56,170 bases of DNA. Source: Thermoproteota archaeon. GTDB lineage: Archaea > Korarchaeota > Korarchaeia > Korarchaeales > Korarchaeaceae. The DNA lies in the NCBI GenBank assembly GCA_027491415.1, contig JAOZFH010000035.1, positions 1 to 56,170 on the forward strand, written 5' to 3'. Shown here in pieces: positions 1 to 9,800 of this stretch (the stretch's first letter is position 1; each line of letters opens with the position of its first letter). Made by a program: the position numbers and the translations under genes. Under the pieces are notes generated by a model that was not told the DNA's origin, ran no database searches, and worked only from the letters and a program-made list of their open reading frames with translations.

Positions 1-980
1 AGCCCCAGCTTCTCCAGGATGGTCCTCTGTACATCTACGTGAGGCTCGAACTCCTTGCTCCTGAAGGCGTGGGTCACCCCTGTGAGCGAGTCCATTACGC
101 TGACGGCGAAGTCGTAGTTGGGGTACACGCGGTACCTGTCGCCGTGGATCGGGTGGGGGTGCTCGATGATCCTGAAGATTCCGGGATCCCTCATAGTCAG
201 GTTCGGGTGCCTCATGTCCGTCTTGAGGCGGAGGTGGGCCTCCCCCTCCCCGAACCTTCCCTCCAGCATTCCATGCCACAGCTCTAGGTTCTCCTCGACG
301 GACTGGCTCCGGTGGGGGCACTCCCTCCCCTGTGCCCTGTTGAGCCTCACCTCGTTGGCGGGACAGGTGCAGACGTACGCGTCGCCCTGTCTGATGAGCT
401 GCTCCGCGTAGCCGTACAGCTCGGGGAGGTGGTCGGACTCGATTATCTCGCGGTCCCACTTACCGGGTGAGAGTCCAAGGACTCTCTCCGCCGCCTCGGT
501 GATTGAGAGGAACTCCTCCCTTATGGCGTCGTAGAACTCGAGCCTCTCGACCCTGGGGTTGGTGTCCTCGAACCTAAGGTGGAACTCTCCGCCGTACTGC
601 CTGGCGTAGACGAAGGGGACCATGAGCCCCTTCACGTGCCCCAGCGTTGGATACCCGTTGGGCTCCGGAGCCACTCGGGTCACTATCCTCTCGTACTTCT
701 CGGCGTTCGGTAAGGGAGGCCATTTTCTCTCCTCCTTCTCCCTCTTCTCCTCCCTCAGGACGCCAAGCTCCTCGGCGATCCTCTGAATCTCCCCTTCGGA
801 CTTGTAGTTGACCTCTTCGACGACCTGCTGAACTATCTCCCTGACCTCTGCAACCCTCTGCTTGAGGTCCGGCCGGTCCGCCAAGACCTTTCCAATGACC
901 GGGCCCGGCCTCGCCTTGCCGTACTTGAGGGCGTTCCTTATCGCGTGTACGAGGGCGAGCCTGCGTATCTCCTCGTCCAT
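1..980 (-). CDS. gltX: Glutamyl-tRNA synthetase, N-terminal part (runs off left edge)
   Basis: Manual translation from ATG 980: MDEEIRRLALVHAIRNALKYGKARPGPVIGKVL...IVTRVAPEPNGYPTLGHVK...FHLRFEDTNPR. This has the archaeal GluRS N-extension, a HIGH-like motif and RFEDTNP. Confidence 0.93.
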   Translation of the reverse strand, partial: MDEEIRRLALVHAIRNALKYGKARPGPVIGKVLADRPDLKQRVAEVREIVQQVVEEVNYKSEGEIQRIAEELGVLREEKREKEERKWPPLPNAEKYERIVTRVAPEPNGYPTLGHVKGLMVPFVYARQYGGEFHLRFEDTNPRVERLEFYDAIREEFLSITEAAERVLGLSPGKWDREIIESDHLPELYGYAEQLIRQGDAYVCTCPANEVRLNRAQGRECPHRSQSVEENLELWHGMLEGRFGEGEAHLRLKTDMRHPNLTMRDPGIFRIIEHPHPIHGDRYRVYPNYDFAVSVMDSLTGVTHAFRSKEFEPHVDVQRTILEKLG

Positions 981-986
981 CGTGGC

Positions 987-2507
987 TCAGGGTGAGTATG
1001 CTACCACTGAATCATAAAGGCCGACCCTCGCGACGCTACAAACGGTCAGCCTGCTCACATCTACCGATCTGCTGGGGGTCATGAGGCCGACGCACACCGG
1101 GACGGTGATGGGCCCCTCCTTGGCTAGGAACAGCCTGTCTCCCTGGAGGTTTAGGAACAGCCCCATGGATTCGCTCAGGTATAGCTCGTCCCCCACCTCG
1201 GCGGGGTCGGAGAGGTTCAGATACCCGCCGTCGCCGAGCTCCAGACTGAAGGATACCCTCATGGTGAGCCATCCTCGCGTGGGGTCTCGATCCAAGAGTT
1301 CTATCCTCATCACGGTGGGGCTTCCGTCGGGCCCCGCGTCGAGGGGGACGTCGAAGTACCACATCTCCGTCACGTTGACGGTGGTCCAGTTGAAGACCAG
1401 CTCGTCGGGCATGACGTAGAACACAAACTCCGCCAGCCCGTCGGGCCGAAGCGTGTTGAGCTTGACCGCGATCCTCCCACCCGTCCACGGGATCGTCACC
1501 ATGTCGTCGACGAATATCCTGCCGCTGTCCGCGTACAGGGAGACCCACCCCCTGCCCGGCACGGCGGAGAGCCACGCGTCGTTCCACCTGAGCAGGTCCT
1601 CCGGGACCAGCCGGATCTTCGCCGTGTATCCGTCGGCCTCGGCGTACACCCCGAGGTAGATCTTGGCGTAGGACTCGGTGGCGTTGGCGACGTAGATCGC
1701 GTTGAACCTAGAGTCGATCGGGAAGAAGTCCTGCTTGACCATGCAGGGGACTAGCCACCCGCGGTGGGAAGCGTTGATCATCCAGACCCTCTCCTCGGCG
1801 TCTGTCATGAGGACGGCGGAGCAGTTCGTGTGTGCGTTCAGGAAGGCGGCGGACATGGGCGGGGAACTCCACACGGCAGGCCTCCTCGGAGCGAGGAACT
1901 CGTCCCTAACCCTGACCCTGCCGTCGTCGTACGTGGCGAAGAGCACCGCGCCGACCCTGGCGTTCCGGCACTCGTACGCGAGGAGGCCCCTGGCCGCCCC
2001 CAGGGTCCCGTACCTGTCGACGCCCGCCACCCAGAGGAGTGGAAGCTCGGGGTTCCAAGGGTTCGTCGTGGCCTGGGCGAATCCGAAGTGGTACATCCCC
2101 CCGAAGTGCCTGTTGTCTGGGGTGCGAACGGTCCAGAGGTTCCCGACCTTGACGAACCTTAGCGGGGCGGCCTCGTTGGGCAGCTCGGCGTACCTGTTGG
2201 CCACCGGCCCCCCTATGATTATCAGCGGCCTGTCCCGCAGGTCTGAGGGCGCGACGCTCGAGGCGTTGAGCACCGCGACCTCTCCGCCCAGCCTGAACTT
2301 TATGAAGTCGGCCAGCTCCGCGGCCGCGTCCCAGTCCTCCTTTGCCGCCGAGTCCCCAACTATTATCGTCGCCTGAGGATAGCCTGAGGTCGTGAGCAGC
2401 GCCGAGAGGGGGCAGATCCCTCTCAGCTCCAGCGGCTGCGAGTGCAGCGGAACCGCCGAAGCTGCGAAAGCAAGCAGGGTAATAGCGGCGGCAAGTCGCG
2501 CCTTCAT
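987..2507 (-). CDS. Secreted S-layer-family protein
   Basis: Signal peptide; IIVGDSAAKED, LIIIGGPVANRY and WVAGVDRYGT motifs typical of archaeal S-layer domains. Confidence 0.7.
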   Translation of the reverse strand: MKARLAAAITLLAFAASAVPLHSQPLELRGICPLSALLTTSGYPQATIIVGDSAAKEDWDAAAELADFIKFRLGGEVAVLNASSVAPSDLRDRPLIIIGGPVANRYAELPNEAAPLRFVKVGNLWTVRTPDNRHFGGMYHFGFAQATTNPWNPELPLLWVAGVDRYGTLGAARGLLAYECRNARVGAVLFATYDDGRVRVRDEFLAPRRPAVWSSPPMSAAFLNAHTNCSAVLMTDAEERVWMINASHRGWLVPCMVKQDFFPIDSRFNAIYVANATESYAKIYLGVYAEADGYTAKIRLVPEDLLRWNDAWLSAVPGRGWVSLYADSGRIFVDDMVTIPWTGGRIAVKLNTLRPDGLAEFVFYVMPDELVFNWTTVNVTEMWYFDVPLDAGPDGSPTVMRIELLDRDPTRGWLTMRVSFSLELGDGGYLNLSDPAEVGDELYLSESMGLFLNLQGDRLFLAKEGPITVPVCVGLMTPSRSVDVSRLTVCSVARVGLYDSVVAYSP

Positions 2508-2685
2508 GGACAGGTCTGCGTCACGGCCTCACGCTATAAGCATGAACCGCCAGGCGGCGAACAGTAGTTTCGGGGGTCCGTTACCCCAGGTGCGATCACT
2601 GCTCACTCTGGGATGGCTTCTTCATCCCCTTCCGTTACCGCGATAGCTCGGTATAAAAGGTAAGCCCGTAGCAATCCCTTGGCCG

Positions 2686-3993
2686 GTGGCTCTCATGAGG
2701 GTAATGAGGGGAGACGAGGCCTGGAAGTACGTCGCGTCCCTGGAAACGAGAGATATAGAGAGCTGGCTTTTCAGACAGGCGGTCGAGCCCGTCATCAGAG
2801 ACGTGAGGATAAGGGGCGACACGGCGATCGCAGAACACCTGGTCAAGGCATACGGCGTGGAGATCACTCCGGAGGATTTCCGGGTCTCGAGGTGGGAGAT
2901 CGAGGATGCCACTTCAAAGCTCTCTCCCCAGAACAGGAGGCTCATCGAGGAGTCCATCGAGGTGATCGAGGACTTCCACAGGGGTCAGATGCCGCAGACC
3001 TACTCCAAGAGCTATCCCTGGGGTGAGGCGTGGATCTCCTGGGAGCCCCTCGACAGGGTCGGGGTTCACGTGCCCGAGTACGACGAGGTGGCCTACGTGT
3101 CCACCCTCCTGTTCGCAGCCGTCCCAGCGAAGGTTGCCGGGGTCAGGGAGGTGGCCGTCTTCACCCCCCCGCTGGGAGGCGGGAGAATCCACCCGGTCCT
3201 CCTGGCCGCCTGCGGCATCCTGGGGATAGAGGAAGTCTACAGGATAGGGGGGCCCGTGGCAGTGGCCGCCATGGCCTACGGCACCTCCAAGATCCCGGCG
3301 GTCGAGAAGATATTCGGGTCGGGGGACAGCTACTTCATGGCGGCCAAGCAGATCGTCGCATCTGACGTGCCAGTTGACATGCCCTCCGGGCCGTCGGAGA
3401 CTGTTGTCCTCGCCGACTCCTCGGCGGATCCGAGGGTCGTCGCGGCGGAGATGGTCGCCCAGGCTGAGCACGACGTGGACTCCATGGTGCTGCTCCTCAC
3501 CGACGACGAGGGGCTCGTTGAGGAGGTGTTGAACATAATCGAGGAAATGGCCAGTTCTCTGGACAGGGGCGGGGTTGCCAGGGAGGCTCTGGATGGTAGA
3601 GGGGCCGTGCTGGTGTTTGAGAACCTCGACGAGGTGGTAGAGGCCGTTAACGTCATCGCCCCCGAGAGGGTGACGGTCCTCTCGTTCAAGGACTCGTCTC
3701 TCGCCTCCGAGATAAAGAAGGCCGGCGCCGTCTTCGTGGGGCCCTACACCGTCAGCGCCTTTGGAGACTACGCCCTGGGCATAAACCAGCTCCTGCCCAG
3801 CGGTGGACACGCGAGGAGGTTCGGGGCGCTGACGGTGCACAGCTTCCTCCGACCCGTGGCGCACGGGAGGGTCAGCCCCGACGGGGCCAAGGAGCTCGCC
3901 GACCTGGTGGCCGGGCTGGCCAGGTTGGAGGGGCTCACGGCGCACGCCGAGGCCGTCAGGATCGCCACTTCCTCCCCGTCAGCCCGGAGCTGA
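2686..3993 (+). CDS. hisD: Histidinol dehydrogenase family protein with atypical active site
   Basis: PLDRVGVHVP, GPSE, QAEHD, FGDY and GLTAHAEAV motifs. Confidence 0.85.
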   Translation: MALMRVMRGDEAWKYVASLETRDIESWLFRQAVEPVIRDVRIRGDTAIAEHLVKAYGVEITPEDFRVSRWEIEDATSKLSPQNRRLIEESIEVIEDFHRGQMPQTYSKSYPWGEAWISWEPLDRVGVHVPEYDEVAYVSTLLFAAVPAKVAGVREVAVFTPPLGGGRIHPVLLAACGILGIEEVYRIGGPVAVAAMAYGTSKIPAVEKIFGSGDSYFMAAKQIVASDVPVDMPSGPSETVVLADSSADPRVVAAEMVAQAEHDVDSMVLLLTDDEGLVEEVLNIIEEMASSLDRGGVAREALDGRGAVLVFENLDEVVEAVNVIAPERVTVLSFKDSSLASEIKKAGAVFVGPYTVSAFGDYALGINQLLPSGGHARRFGALTVHSFLRPVAHGRVSPDGAKELADLVAGLARLEGLTAHAEAVRIATSSPSARS

Positions 3994-4690
3994 GGGCCTC
4001 GTCCCTCTTGGCCCTCGCGAGGACGCTCGCCGCCGCCACCGAGGGGAACCTCTCGTCCGCCTTGGGCTCGACGACGAGGGTCGCGCCCGGCGGAACGAGT
4101 TTCCTGAGCCGCGACTCCAGGGCGCCGGAGTCAAACGCGTCCACTGCCACCACGTCCACGCGCTTCAGCCTCTCCAGTACTTCTCCGAGCACCTCGAGGT
4201 GCCACTCGGCCAGCAGCCTGTTCAGGGTCCCCCTGACCCACACCTCGGAGAACTCCTCCGGGGTCACGAGTCGAACCGCTCGATCTAAGCACCTCTCCTC
4301 GATCCTCGCGGCGACGGCCTGGATCTCCCCCCTGGGAATGGACTTCGTCTCGGTCATCCCCCTGGCCCTGAGCCACGCGGCTGACTCCGGGTCTAGAGCC
4401 ACGGCGGCCACGACGATCGGTCCCTCATCCTCCCCCTTCCCAGCCTCGTCAGAGCCGACCTCGATTCCCCTGGGCCTGAGCAGGGACCGCTCGACCAGGG
4501 GGATGAGCCCCTCGTGATAGACCGCCTTCCCGGTCCTGTAGACCACAACCAGGTCCTCTCCGAGCCGGGCCCGCAGGACCTCGTACCTCCCCGGCTCTTG
4601 GAACTCGGCCCCCTCCTCCTCGAGCAGGGAGGCGAGCCTCTTGACCTCCCCCTCCAGCAGCTTAGTGCTTACCTGCCTTCTTCGCGCCAA
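3956..4690 (-). CDS. Type 2 ribonuclease H, RNase HIII-like
   Basis: GSDEAGKG and KADERFPSVAAASVLAR motifs; N-terminal VVVYRTGKAVY segment resembling the TBP-like domain of RNase HIII. Confidence 0.75.
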   Translation of the reverse strand: MARRRQVSTKLLEGEVKRLASLLEEEGAEFQEPGRYEVLRARLGEDLVVVYRTGKAVYHEGLIPLVERSLLRPRGIEVGSDEAGKGEDEGPIVVAAVALDPESAAWLRARGMTETKSIPRGEIQAVAARIEERCLDRAVRLVTPEEFSEVWVRGTLNRLLAEWHLEVLGEVLERLKRVDVVAVDAFDSGALESRLRKLVPPGATLVVEPKADERFPSVAAASVLARAKRDEALSSGLTGRKWRS

Positions 4691-5963
4691 CGAGCCTCAC
4701 CGCCGCGGCGACGATCCCTGCGGCGAGGGCGGCGGCCACGATGGTCTTGGCCGGGATGCGGGCCGGCGCCACCACGGTAACAGGGATCTGGACGGTGGCG
4801 TTTAGCTCCTCGGCCGGGTAGGGGTTCATCCACGTGATCGTGGCGCGCACCGTGTAGTTCCCCGGCCCAGGCGCGGCTAGGGCGACTGAAACCGTCTCAA
4901 CCTGATAGGGCCCGAGCGGCCCCATCTGGACCTCTCTCCTAAGGTCTCCCAGCTCGACGCTCAGCACGGCAGACGACACGTTCCAGGGGGAGTCATTTGA
5001 CACCCGGAAGGTGAGGTTCAGGATGCCCCCCGCCTGGACCTCCGCCGGGCTCTCGATCGCCCGAAGCGACAGCTGGGAGTTCTTCACGATCCTGACCTCC
5101 CTCGTCAGCATGGCGGCGTAGGTGGAGTCGTCGCACCGGTAGTTGAACAGCAGGATCAGGGTGTGCCTGCCAGCCGGAACGTCCGGGTTGATCTCGAACG
5201 ACCGGCTCACCAGCTTGACCTCAGAGGGTCCAATTGGCCCGACCTCGTCCCTCACCGGCTCGCCCAGGAGGGTCGAACTGATCGTCAGGTTGGAGTCGGT
5301 TATCGGCACGCTCGTCCTGACGAGCCTTCCCGTCCTCGGGTCCAACTCCCAAGCCTCTTCAGAGTTGGCGATCGTCAGCTTGATGGTTAGCGTCCCAGGC
5401 GGCTCGAGCTGCCTGGGCTGTACCTCAAGGGTCAGCTGGGGGCCCCAGGGTGTCACAGAGAGTTTCGCCTCCCTCGAGTGATCCACCGTGATGAGCGTGC
5501 CGTTTGGAGTCTCCTCCAGTGCCTGAGCCCTGACGTAGATTGTGTAGTCTCCCGGTGGGGTCGACAGGGGGATTACCACCCTAGCCCTGACGGAGACGAC
5601 CCCTATCTTCTGGGCCGAGACCCTGATGGTGGACCCCTCCACGGAAACATTGGTTATGTTGTTGAAGTCCGGGTCGAGCGCGACGACCCGAGTTATGTTG
5701 TAGGGCAGGTTTATTGGGATCATCAAGCTTACCTCGGCGCTCTTCAGGATGTTGGTGGATCTTATCGTCCCTCCCCCCACGAGAACGCTCCTCGAGAGGT
5801 TGTACTCGACCAGCACCTCCCCGCCCTGCCTCACGGTCTCCGGGTAGACCCACAGAACCGGCAGGTACGGCCGTACCTGCCGAGCCGCGGCCTGCCCAGC
5901 GAGCGGTTGGGCGAGTGGCGCGAGAACCGTGATGGCGATCAGCAGGGCACCCCTGACCCTCAT
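4662..5963 (-). CDS. Secreted/membrane-anchored Ig-like (CARDB/NEW3-type) protein
   Basis: Signal peptide, beta-rich repeats (PGDYTI, AGRHTL, PGNYTV), many N-x-S/T sequons, C-terminal TM with basic tail. Start inferred at ATG 5963. Confidence 0.65.
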   Translation of the reverse strand: MRVRGALLIAITVLAPLAQPLAGQAAARQVRPYLPVLWVYPETVRQGGEVLVEYNLSRSVLVGGGTIRSTNILKSAEVSLMIPINLPYNITRVVALDPDFNNITNVSVEGSTIRVSAQKIGVVSVRARVVIPLSTPPGDYTIYVRAQALEETPNGTLITVDHSREAKLSVTPWGPQLTLEVQPRQLEPPGTLTIKLTIANSEEAWELDPRTGRLVRTSVPITDSNLTISSTLLGEPVRDEVGPIGPSEVKLVSRSFEINPDVPAGRHTLILLFNYRCDDSTYAAMLTREVRIVKNSQLSLRAIESPAEVQAGGILNLTFRVSNDSPWNVSSAVLSVELGDLRREVQMGPLGPYQVETVSVALAAPGPGNYTVRATITWMNPYPAEELNATVQIPVTVVAPARIPAKTIVAAALAAGIVAAAVRLVGAKKAGKH

Positions 5964-6013
5964 CTCGTCCCCTCCACCGACCACAGTTTTAAGCAGCTCG
6001 CGACGCTAGGCGG

Positions 6014-6754
6014 GTGAAGATGCCGGCGCTCGAGGTACTTCGACTGACGAAGCGGTTCGGAGACTTCGCGGCGGTGGACGGGGTCACGTTTCAGGTAGAG
6101 GAGGGGGAGATATTCGGCTTCCTCGGCCCCAACGGGGCCGGGAAGACCACGACCCTCCGGATGATCTACGGGGTCCTCACGCCGACGGCCGGAGACGTCC
6201 TGATCAAGGGTAAGAGCGTTCGCGAGGACCCGGAGGGGGCCAAGGCGCACCTTGGGGTGATGCCCGAGGACGCGGGCATCTACCCCAGGCTGACCACGGA
6301 GGAGAACCTGGTGTACTTCGGCAAGCTCAGGGGGATCCCCGAGGGCGAGCTGAGAGAGAGGACCCCCCAGCTGCTTGACAGGCTCGGGCTGACAGAGAAG
6401 AGGTACGTGCTGGCCGACAAGCTCTCCAAGGGGATGAAGCGTAAGCTGGCCTTCGCCAGGGCGATTCTACATGAGCCCGACATACTCCTCCTCGACGAGC
6501 CGACCTCGGGGGTCGACGTCATGAGCGCCAGGGAGATCAGGTCCATGATCTCGGACTACGCCTCCGGCGGGAGGACCGTTGTGATCAGCACCCACAACAT
6601 GTGGGAGGTCCAGCAGCTCTGCACGCGGGTGGGAATAATCAACCGCGGCCGGCTGATCTACGTCGGCTCTGTCGAGGAGCTGGAGAGGTTGACGGGAGAG
6701 AAAGAGTTCGAGGAGGTCTTCGTGAGGCTGATAAAGGGGGAGGTGGCAGAGTGA
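6014..6754 (+). CDS. ABC transporter ATP-binding protein (NatA-like)
   Basis: GPNGAGKTT, LSKGMKRK, LLLDEPT and STH motifs. Confidence 0.93.
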   Translation: MKMPALEVLRLTKRFGDFAAVDGVTFQVEEGEIFGFLGPNGAGKTTTLRMIYGVLTPTAGDVLIKGKSVREDPEGAKAHLGVMPEDAGIYPRLTTEENLVYFGKLRGIPEGELRERTPQLLDRLGLTEKRYVLADKLSKGMKRKLAFARAILHEPDILLLDEPTSGVDVMSAREIRSMISDYASGGRTVVISTHNMWEVQQLCTRVGIINRGRLIYVGSVEELERLTGEKEFEEVFVRLIKGEVAE

Positions 6755-8091
6755 GGCTCCGGAGACCGCGATCCGGATCGGAGGGGGTCGTGAGGTTCAC
6801 CAGGGGCCTGGCCGACCTGGGCTACTCCCTGCCCAACAGGCCTTGGCTCGTCGTCGCGTGGAAGGAGCTCACCGAGTCCCTGAGGGATCGGAGGACCATC
6901 ATCAACGCGGTCCTCCTCCCGATGATCCTCATGCCCATCGCCGTGGGACTGCCCATGCTCTTCCTCAGCCCAAAGACATCCCCGCCCAGGATAGCGATAG
7001 TGCCTACCGACCCCGGGGCCCTCCCCCTCGTGGAGAGGATAACAAGCGAGGTCCCCGGAAACTTCACCATAAAGACGCCCGGGTTCAACGCGACGGACGC
7101 CATTCTGAAGGGCCTCGTCGACTTGGTCGTCGTGATACCCGAGGGCTTCTCCGCCAACATCTCACGGGGCGGGTCGGCGAGGGTGGTCTACCTCTACGAC
7201 CCCTATCAGCTGAAGTCCTCCACGGCCATGGGCCTCGTTCAGGGGGTCGTCGACGAGTACAGCAGGGAGATCTTGAGCGAGAGGCTGAGGAGTCTCAACC
7301 TGTCGGAGGAGTTCGTGGAGCCGATCAGGGCAGTCAGCTACCAAGTCACGGCAACGGGCGCCGCGGCCACGGCCGAGTCCATGTTCGGCGTCATGCTCCT
7401 CCCAATGATGGTCGGAGTGCTGGCGATCACGGGAGCTAGCTCCTTCGCCCTAGACATGATCGCCGGTGAGAGGGAGAGGAGGACCATCGAGGCCCTGCTG
7501 ACCGCTCCTGTGAGGCGGATCTCCATCCTCGCGGGCAAGTACGTCGCCCTGACCGTCCTCGCGGCAGTAATGGGTGTCTCAACCATGGCGTCGGTCGTGC
7601 TCAGCGTCGGCGTCATGGCGGTCGCCGTCCCAATGGAGGAACTCGTCCCCCCTCAGGCCGCCCAGGCGGCGGAGAGGGCCGGGACAGGCCTCGCCTCGCT
7701 CTCCAAGATATTCCCGCAGGGGACCAGCCCGACCGTCATCCTGCTGGGGATAGGGGCCGCTATGCTCCTGGCCGCCCTCACGGGAAACGCCATCGTAGTC
7801 ATGGGGGCCAGCTTCGCCAAGAGCTTCAAGGAGGCCCAGCAGTACGTCGGCGCCATCACCGGCATCATGGTCCTGCCGATGATCGCGGTCCCCTACGCGC
7901 CAGCCAGACTCCTGGGGCCGATGAGGTTCCTGCCCATAACATCCGTCGCGATGCTGGCCAGAGACCTGATCGTGAACCCCGGCGACGTGGCGGCGCTGAC
8001 GACCTCCGGCCTGGCCTCCGTCGTTTATCTGGTGGCATTCTTGTTGGCCAGCGCGAAGCTGTTCGGAAGGGAGTCAGTTGTGTTCGACTGA
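6751..8091 (+). CDS. ABC-2 permease (NatB-like)
   Basis: KELTESLRDRRT and IAGERERRTIEALLTAP motifs, multiple TMs; GTG start overlaps the upstream TGA. Confidence 0.88.
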   Translation: MRLRRPRSGSEGVVRFTRGLADLGYSLPNRPWLVVAWKELTESLRDRRTIINAVLLPMILMPIAVGLPMLFLSPKTSPPRIAIVPTDPGALPLVERITSEVPGNFTIKTPGFNATDAILKGLVDLVVVIPEGFSANISRGGSARVVYLYDPYQLKSSTAMGLVQGVVDEYSREILSERLRSLNLSEEFVEPIRAVSYQVTATGAAATAESMFGVMLLPMMVGVLAITGASSFALDMIAGERERRTIEALLTAPVRRISILAGKYVALTVLAAVMGVSTMASVVLSVGVMAVAVPMEELVPPQAAQAAERAGTGLASLSKIFPQGTSPTVILLGIGAAMLLAALTGNAIVVMGASFAKSFKEAQQYVGAITGIMVLPMIAVPYAPARLLGPMRFLPITSVAMLARDLIVNPGDVAALTTSGLASVVYLVAFLLASAKLFGRESVVFD

Positions 8092-8120
8092 TGTCGGCGC
8101 GACGTGCTGGGCGGCTAGCA

Positions 8121-8906
8121 TCAGGAGATCACCACCAGCGCCACCACCAGCCCCAGGAGGCCAAAGGAGACCGCAAACACCCCGGGACTGACCCTCCTGG
8201 ACAGCCTCATGAGGGCGTGCATGGACGCGTAGCCGGAGCCCGCCGCGGCTGCGGCTGAGAGGACCTGCGCGACGCCGACTTCCACGGCACCGGTGAGCGC
8301 CACCAGGCCGGCGGCGCCGAGAGAGGCAGGTATGGAGAGCAGGAAGGACAGCTTCAGGGCCCTCTCTGCCTCCAGTCCCATTAGCATGAGGCCCAACACC
8401 GTGATCCCAGACCTGCTGACTCCGGGGAGCGCGGCAACGCCCTGAAGGGATCCCACGAGCGCCCCTAGCCTGACGGGATCCGCAGGCCCGACCTCGACCG
8501 CCCTACCCTCCGCGAGTAGGAGCGCGAGTCCGAGGGCGGTGAGCAGGGTGGGGGTCACCAGCGCGAGGGCGGCGCTCGACGGCACCCTCGTGGCGAGCAG
8601 GTAGAATGGGACGCCGGTGACGGCGGTGACGGCCGTGCCGACCAATAGGTACTTGAACGCCTCGGGATCCCCGCCCTCGGCGCGGAGGGGCCAGATGATG
8701 GCCGCGGCGAGCTCCGACCTGAGGTAGGCCGCGGCCGCGAGGGACGTCCCGAGGTGGAGCCAGAGGGCGGTCGACACCGCCGAGGCCGGGGGCGCGCCCA
8801 CTAGCATCGAGAGGAGGACAGAGACCTGCCCCTCGCTGCTGACCGGCAGCCACTCCAGCACGCCCTGAACGAGGCCCGCCAGTATCGTCGCGACGGTGGG
8901 GTTCAA
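8121..8906 (-). CDS. uppP: Undecaprenyl-diphosphate phosphatase (BacA/UppP family)
   Basis: QGVLEWLPVSSEG, LHLGT, PGVSRSGIT and SFLLSIP motifs. Confidence 0.9.
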   Translation of the reverse strand: MNPTVATILAGLVQGVLEWLPVSSEGQVSVLLSMLVGAPPASAVSTALWLHLGTSLAAAAYLRSELAAAIIWPLRAEGGDPEAFKYLLVGTAVTAVTGVPFYLLATRVPSSAALALVTPTLLTALGLALLLAEGRAVEVGPADPVRLGALVGSLQGVAALPGVSRSGITVLGLMLMGLEAERALKLSFLLSIPASLGAAGLVALTGAVEVGVAQVLSAAAAAGSGYASMHALMRLSRRVSPGVFAVSFGLLGLVVALVVIS

Positions 8907-9349
8907 CGCCGCCCACCGCCCTGAACCACCCTCTTGGCCACAGAGGACATCAGATACACGCCTCGGAGGGTCTCTCCCCTAGTCTCCATCTGCCTTATGT
9001 CCTCGACGGTGAACCATCCCCAGTCGTCGTGTTCCTCCGGCCTGAGCACGGGCTCTCCGCTGTGGAAGACGGCGTAGAGCGGTATGATGAACTGAACGGA
9101 GCCGTAGCCGTAGACGAAGGAGAACGTGTCCACCGGGATCAGGTCGACTGGCCGTATCTTGAACCCAGTCTCCTCCTCCAGCTCCCTCGACGCGGCCTCC
9201 CGCGGGGTCTCGCCGAACTTCAGGCTGCCCCCGGGTATCTCCCACTTGCCGCCGTACCGCTTCTTCTTTGACCTCTTTAGTAGAAGCACCTCCCCCCGTC
9301 CGTTGAAGACAACGACGCAGGGAACCACGTGAATTCTCCTCTTCTTCAA
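8903..9349 (-). CDS. NUDIX hydrolase
   Basis: Nudix box GGSLKFGETPREAASRELEEETG. Confidence 0.92.
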   Translation of the reverse strand: MKKRRIHVVPCVVVFNGRGEVLLLKRSKKKRYGGKWEIPGGSLKFGETPREAASRELEEETGFKIRPVDLIPVDTFSFVYGYGSVQFIIPLYAVFHSGEPVLRPEEHDDWGWFTVEDIRQMETRGETLRGVYLMSSVAKRVVQGGGRR

Positions 9350-9368
9350 TCCCCCCGCCTCGACGCCC

Positions 9369-9800
9369 TCAGAACAGGGGCCGCCTCGCTTGCTTCTTCG
9401 GCTTCTTCGCGTAGATGGCGGCCACGAACATAGAGCCTCCGCACTTGGGACAGGCCTCCTCCGCCTTCAGGCCCACGTACTCTCCCTCCCTGAACTCCCT
9501 CTCCTTCCAGTGCCCACAGTCGACGCACTGAAGCCGAGAGACTATTGTGGGCTCTTCCTCCTCCGGCGCGATCTTCATCCTGAGCACATCGTAGACCATC
9601 TTCAGCGACAGCATAAGCCCCGTGACGCCGAACAGCACCTGAAACCACGTGTCCATTCCCGGTGTCTCGGTCCTAGACCCCGCCCTGATGCCGTAGTAGA
9701 TTATTATCACGGAGAAGGCCGCCAGGCCCAGCGACATGAGTATCATCAGGGCCGTCGCTGCGAGCGTCGGACCCTCCTTGGCCTCCCTCTCCTCAGGCAA
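9369..9800 (-). CDS. Membrane protein with C-terminal Zn ribbon
   Basis: Two TMs followed by CVDCG...REFREGEYVG...CPKCGG. Confidence 0.75.
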   Translation of the reverse strand: MPEEREAKEGPTLAATALMILMSLGLAAFSVIIIYYGIRAGSRTETPGMDTWFQVLFGVTGLMLSLKMVYDVLRMKIAPEEEEPTIVSRLQCVDCGHWKEREFREGEYVGLKAEEACPKCGGSMFVAAIYAKKPKKQARRPLF

